Assembly: GCA_030613005.1 (NCBI GenBank)
Contig: JAUWMV010000001.1
Span: forward strand, 107,289-139,288
DNA from: a bacterium
Lineage (GTDB): Bacteria > UBP14 > UBA6098 > B30-G16
DNA: 32,000 bases
Direction: 5' to 3'
Shown here: piece after piece, positions 27,855 through 32,000 of the stretch
Numbering within the stretch: position 1 is the first letter of the stretch
Layout of the letters: each line of letters starts with the position of its first letter
Position numbers and translations under genes: made by a program
Notes under the pieces: model-generated
Databases searched by the model: none
Seen by the model: the letters and a program-made list of their open reading frames with translations, nothing else
What the model was told of the DNA's origin: nothing

Positions 27855-27882
27855 ATGTCAAGTTCATGTTATAGCTTGACAT
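27855..27882. repeat. perfect 8-bp inverted repeat ATGTCAAG-N12-CTTGACAT in the mrdA/accB divergent intergenic region (candidate operator)
   Basis: Read directly: arms at 27855-27862 and 27875-27882. Each arm carries TTGACA on the strand pointing towards the gene it faces. Confidence 0.6.
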
Positions 27883-27922
27883 GTAAATATAATTTCCTTT
27901 TTTAGACAAAAAGGGGGATTTA

Positions 27923-28420
27923 ATGAATATAGAAAAGATAAGAAAACTGGTTAAATTACTCGATGAAAGTTCAATTAGTGAGTTGGAAGTTCATTTTCCC
28001 TTTGCAAGAAAAGTAATTTTAAGAAAATTTAGATCAACTAACCAAAAAAAATTTTTAACTACAGTCGAGTCAACACGAGTTATTGAAGGACCCGAATCTC
28101 AAAGCTTAAATCCAATTACGAAACCAGAGATATCAGAGTCTGAACCCACCGGAAAAACCATAATAAAAGAGGAAGATAAATATTACAAAATAACTGCACC
28201 AATGGTGGGAACTTTTTACAGGAATCCCTCTCCGGATTCACCACCATATGTTGAAATTGGTGAAAAATTATCTCTAAATCAAGTTGTTTGTCTTATTGAA
28301 GCAATGAAGCTCTTTAACGAAGTTAAAACCGAAGTTTCGGGAATAGTGAAAAATGTTTTAGTAGAGGATGTTACACCTGTGGAGTTTGGGCAGGTGTTAT
28401 TTTTAATTGAGACGGAGTGA
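27923..28420 (+). CDS. accB: acetyl-CoA carboxylase biotin carboxyl carrier protein
   Basis: Biotinyl-lysine motif CLIEAMKLFNEV, ITAPMVGTFYRNPSPDSPPYVEIG, and a Pro/Glu linker. SD AAGGGGG upstream. Confidence 0.9.
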   Translation: MNIEKIRKLVKLLDESSISELEVHFPFARKVILRKFRSTNQKKFLTTVESTRVIEGPESQSLNPITKPEISESEPTGKTIIKEEDKYYKITAPMVGTFYRNPSPDSPPYVEIGEKLSLNQVVCLIEAMKLFNEVKTEVSGIVKNVLVEDVTPVEFGQVLFLIETE

Positions 28421-28425
28421 GTATA

Positions 28426-29658
28426 ATGATCGATTTTGTTGCACTTTTAAAAAACATGGCATCGGTTCAAGCATCCGACCTTCATTTAAGGGTTAATGTT
28501 AGACCGGTTTACAGAATCCACGGAAAGTTGATTCGGGTTAATTTGCCTGTTGTAACGCAGGAGGATATGGGGAACCTTATTAATACTATTCTAACCCCAT
28601 CTAGAGCGGAACGTTTTAAGAATGAATTAGAATTTGACTTCGCATATCAATTAGATACAGGCGAACGTTTCAGAGTTAATCTGTTCCATCAGCGTGAAAC
28701 ATATGCGGTTGCTATTCGATTAATAAATACTGAAATACCAACATTTGATGAACTGCAACTTCCACAGGTTATGAAAAAAATTGCAAATACTAGAAGAGGA
28801 ATAGTGCTTGTAACTGGGGTCACAGGTTCTGGAAAGTCAACATCTCTTGCTTCAACAATCGATTATATCAATACAGTCAGAGCCGAGAATATAATAACAA
28901 TAGAAGATCCTATCGAATACCTTTATACAAACAAGAAAAGTATAATTGCTCAGAGAGAATTAGGATTGGATACATTATCTTTTGCCGAGTCTCTTAGAAG
29001 AGCCATGCGTCAGGACCCCGACGTTATATTGTTAGGAGAGATCAGAGATATGGAGACTATGCAAATAGCTCTCATGGCTGCAGATACTGGTCATTTAGTG
29101 CTTTCAACACTTCATACTTTGGATTCACTCCAAACTATCTATAGAATTCTCTCTTTCTTCCCACCGCATCAGCATCAAGAGATTAGATTAGTTCTGTCTT
29201 CAACGCTGAGAGCAATAATATCGCAAAGACTTGTACCTCGTTCTGATACACCCGGTCGAGTTCCAGCTGTTGAAGTTTTAATTGGAACAGCAGCAGTTAA
29301 AGAATGTATTGTCCAGTCGGGGAAAACAGCATCTATTAGAGACTTGATCTCTGAAGGTACAGTTCAATATGGAATGCAGACAATTGACCAGTCTCTTTTC
29401 TTTTTCTACCGAAGAGGTATGATATCTTTAGAGACTGCGTTGAATAATGCATCAAATCCCGATGATTTCAAACTTCGTGTGGCTGGAATTGTTGGTGGTT
29501 CCGACAAAGGGTGGAAAGAATTCGAAATCGAGAGTAGTAGGACGAGAAAAGAGCAGAAATCTGAAGATTCTAGTTCAATTAAAACTACGGATATAGCTGA
29601 TCACTCTGGCTCCTCAGAGGATAAACCGTTGGGTGAAGATAGAGGTTTTAATATTTAA
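28426..29658 (+). CDS. pilT: PilT/PilU-family type IV pilus retraction ATPase with ~60-aa low-complexity C-terminal tail
   Basis: ASDLHLRVNVRPVYRIHGKL, Walker A GVTGSGKST, Walker B DPDVILLGEIRD, His box GHLVLSTLHT. ATG 28426 (GGAG at 28414-28417) is preferred over GTG 28417. The canonical AIRNLIRE motif is degenerate. Confidence 0.85.
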   Translation: MIDFVALLKNMASVQASDLHLRVNVRPVYRIHGKLIRVNLPVVTQEDMGNLINTILTPSRAERFKNELEFDFAYQLDTGERFRVNLFHQRETYAVAIRLINTEIPTFDELQLPQVMKKIANTRRGIVLVTGVTGSGKSTSLASTIDYINTVRAENIITIEDPIEYLYTNKKSIIAQRELGLDTLSFAESLRRAMRQDPDVILLGEIRDMETMQIALMAADTGHLVLSTLHTLDSLQTIYRILSFFPPHQHQEIRLVLSSTLRAIISQRLVPRSDTPGRVPAVEVLIGTAAVKECIVQSGKTASIRDLISEGTVQYGMQTIDQSLFFFYRRGMISLETALNNASNPDDFKLRVAGIVGGSDKGWKEFEIESSRTRKEQKSEDSSSIKTTDIADHSGSSEDKPLGEDRGFNI

Positions 29659-29938
29659 TTTATGTATCATCGAGCTTTTCTCTGGTGATTTGTTAAATTT
29701 TATATTGAAATATCTGAGAAATCAGGTATGATAGCTTTTAATGACGCAGCCAAAAGGGCAGAAATTATTTGTGTTAGATTTTATATTGTTCTCTAATAAT
29801 TGATTACTATTCTTATTCCATATGCTTGAAAACGACTTTTTGACAATTTAATGTTTCAACGATAAGTCTAAATAAGAGTTTTCCGTATATGTTGCGTATA
29901 ATTTTATATTTTAATGCAATAATAGTTATCATTGATTA

Positions 29939-32000
29939 ATGAGGTTTGATTTGGGTAATAAGGGGAAAAACCATTCAAATTTTGTAACCGAGATATCGCA
30001 GTTAAAGCAACGATTTCTCGAATTGGATAAACTTATTAAGGATGGTTTTTCCTTAAGGGATATATTAAATCCAAAAATTTTAAATACAATATTCGATAGT
30101 GATAACGTTGGTGTTCTTATTGCTAACAAGGATAGTATATTGTTGTATATTAATTCTGCTGCAAGTGCATTAATTGATTATAAATATGAGGAATTAAGTA
30201 AACAAAAATTATGGGATGTCTTAGGAATATCCAATGAGAAAGATGGCGTAGAATTTTGGAAGAAGTTAATCTCTCAAAAAAACAAAATAGGGAAATTGAA
30301 GATTTCAAGAAAAGATATACTAGTATTGAATGTAGATTATGAATTAACGATAAATAATAATATAGATCTGTATCAATTATTAATATATGATATAGATTCA
30401 GAAGTCAATGAAGTTCATAAAAATTATCGCGGTGAATCTCTCTATTTGGATATTATACAAAATATTGATGATGCAATTATAGTAATAGACTATGATTGGA
30501 GATTAATTTGCTTCAATGAAGCTGCAAAACGGATTGTTAAAAGACCTCTCGATAAGATACTTAATAAGAAAATAACTAAAATATATCCTGAGATTATGAA
30601 ACATGAATTGTTCGATAAATTCAAATATTATTTAGAAAATAGGAAGGGAAGTATAGAGGAAATAAAACTGAAAACACCTCAAGGAACTTACCAGTGGTTT
30701 AGTGTAAATATTAAACCAACCTATAGAGGTGTTTTTGTACATATTAGAGATATAACCGAAAGGAAAAATTCTAGTGAGATGTTAAAATATTTTCGATCAA
30801 TATTTAACTTAACATCTGAATGTATATTTGTTATTAAACCAGAAAATATGCACTTTATTAATGTTAACGAAGCAGCATGTAAAATATTAGGATACGATTA
30901 CAATGATTTTCTTAAGATTGGTCCTGAAGATATCGACGTTAACTTCGATAAAACGAATATAAATTATAAAGTAGATGAATTTAGAGAAAATAAGGAACCC
31001 CGAATATTTGAAACTATATACAAAAGTATCGACGGAGTGATTGTTCCAGTAGAAGTTACAACCCAAATGGTAGATTCAGATGTTAGTAGTGTTGTTGTTG
31101 TTACAGTTAAAGATATTTCTGACCGAATGATTGCTGAGCTATCTATAAAAGAAAGCGAAATGAAGTTTAGAAGTATTTTTGAGCAGTATATAGATGGATT
31201 TATTCTTACAAATGAATATGGTAGAATTGTTAAATGGAACATGGGAATGCAAGAAATTACAGGTTTAAAGCGTTCGGAAGCTATTGGGAAATTTGTATGG
31301 GATATTCTTTTTCAGCTTCAACCCGAAAATTTCAAAAGTCCAGAGGCTTTTAGAGTATTAAAAAGGAAATTTATCAAACTGTTTAAAACTGGTAGTGCAG
31401 AATGGTTAAATAAGCATCATACTTTGGAAATCCAAACTTACGATGGTTTGCTCAAAGTTATCGAATCTACTCCTTTTCAAGTTATGAGTGAAACAGGTAT
31501 GTTGTTAGGTGCGATTTCACGAGATATAACGCATTACAAAACTACAGAGAAACAAGCTATAGAAACTGATATGAAATTGAAGGAAACTCTTCGCAGACTG
31601 AGTGAAATTAATGAAAAAACAATACAACATGAACGTTTGGCTGTTATTGGTAAACTTGCTGCTGGTATAACTCATGATTTCAGTAATCTACTTCAGGGTA
31701 TTATGGGATCAGCAGAAATAGTTTTATTTGACAAGTCAATAAAACAGTCGTCGAGAGATAGACTTAAAGTCATTTTAGATCAATCAGAGAAAGCTGCAAA
31801 ACTAATTAGACAGTTACTAGATTTCAGCAGAAAAATTACTTCGGAAAAAGCTCAATTAAATTTGGTTCTGTTCACTAAGGAATTAGGTAAGTTTTTAGTT
31901 CGAACGATTCCTGAAAACGTAAATGTTATCTTGAATTATGATTCAGATGAATACTGGGTTTTGGCTGACCCAGTACAACTTCAACAGGTTATTTTAAATC
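29939..32000 (+). CDS. cytoplasmic multi-PAS sensor histidine kinase (3' end beyond the window)
   Basis: Not in the ORF track. I translated the frame codon by codon from ATG 29939 (preceded by in-frame TGA 29933-29935) to nt 32000 and found no stop. About four PAS-like modules (for example DAIIVIDYDWRLICFNEAAKRI, SECIFVIKPENMHFINVNEAACKILGY, IDGFILTNEYGRIVKWNMGMQEITG). H-box HERLAVIGKLAAGITHDFSNLLQGI (His codon 31673-31675). Start of the N-box ADPVQLQQVILN. No SD at 29939, so the exact start is uncertain. Confidence 0.85.
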   Translation, partial: MRFDLGNKGKNHSNFVTEISQLKQRFLELDKLIKDGFSLRDILNPKILNTIFDSDNVGVLIANKDSILLYINSAASALIDYKYEELSKQKLWDVLGISNEKDGVEFWKKLISQKNKIGKLKISRKDILVLNVDYELTINNNIDLYQLLIYDIDSEVNEVHKNYRGESLYLDIIQNIDDAIIVIDYDWRLICFNEAAKRIVKRPLDKILNKKITKIYPEIMKHELFDKFKYYLENRKGSIEEIKLKTPQGTYQWFSVNIKPTYRGVFVHIRDITERKNSSEMLKYFRSIFNLTSECIFVIKPENMHFINVNEAACKILGYDYNDFLKIGPEDIDVNFDKTNINYKVDEFRENKEPRIFETIYKSIDGVIVPVEVTTQMVDSDVSSVVVVTVKDISDRMIAELSIKESEMKFRSIFEQYIDGFILTNEYGRIVKWNMGMQEITGLKRSEAIGKFVWDILFQLQPENFKSPEAFRVLKRKFIKLFKTGSAEWLNKHHTLEIQTYDGLLKVIESTPFQVMSETGMLLGAISRDITHYKTTEKQAIETDMKLKETLRRLSEINEKTIQHERLAVIGKLAAGITHDFSNLLQGIMGSAEIVLFDKSIKQSSRDRLKVILDQSEKAAKLIRQLLDFSRKITSEKAQLNLVLFTKELGKFLVRTIPENVNVILNYDSDEYWVLADPVQLQQVILN

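Noticed and set aside
27876-27893. TTGACA plus perfect TATAAT upstream of accB as a canonical promoter
   Set aside because: The spacer is only 6 nt, which is incompatible with a single sigma70 promoter. I report it instead as part of the inverted-repeat observation.
29929-31242. Minus-strand ORFs 29929..30129 and 30964..31242, the only track entries after pilT
   Set aside because: Both lie antisense within (or at the start of) the long open + strand PAS histidine-kinase frame, which has clear domain motifs. They are shadow ORFs.
1-32000. Scan for CRISPR arrays, tRNA/rRNA genes, IS elements, retron/DGR-like structures
   Set aside because: The intergenic regions are all 280 nt or shorter. I saw no tRNA-like GTTCGAATC/TAGCTCAG motifs, no spaced direct-repeat arrays, and no reverse transcriptase or transposase motifs in any ORF.

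Overview
AT-rich bacterial chromosomal window. Shine-Dalgarno sites are strong. Gene content (a GWxTD-domain protein, a lipoprotein-type LptC, an NHL/FlgD-Ig protein) suggests an uncultivated FCB-superphylum-like lineage, but this is unverified. The window is almost entirely tightly packed core genes: sppA (5'-truncated by the window edge), asd, dCMP deaminase, nrdR, a heptose-7-P kinase, queD, uvrA, lptC-lptB, dnaJ, a YugP-like Zn-peptidase, rlmD, xerD, hisS, purH, cmk-rpsA, rpsT, a PBP2-type transpeptidase, accB and a PilT-family ATPase. The only clearly accessory element is a small mazE-mazF cassette at 12.0-12.6 kb, and its toxin gene is frame-disrupted at the N-terminus. A multi-PAS sensor histidine kinase of more than 2 kb (29939 to the window end, + strand) is missing from the supplied ORF track because it has no stop codon inside the window. 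I saw no rRNA, tRNA, CRISPR array, transposase, phage gene or recognisable riboswitch. I found no convincing evidence for a new multi-gene system. The best leads are uncharacterised proteins translationally coupled into otherwise housekeeping operons: a 417-aa exported protein ahead of lptC-lptB, and a 530-aa TPR protein between nrdR and the heptose kinase. Further leads are the damaged mazF, an accB-pilT coupling, and a few intergenic repeat motifs. All family assignments come from motif recognition by eye; no searches were run.
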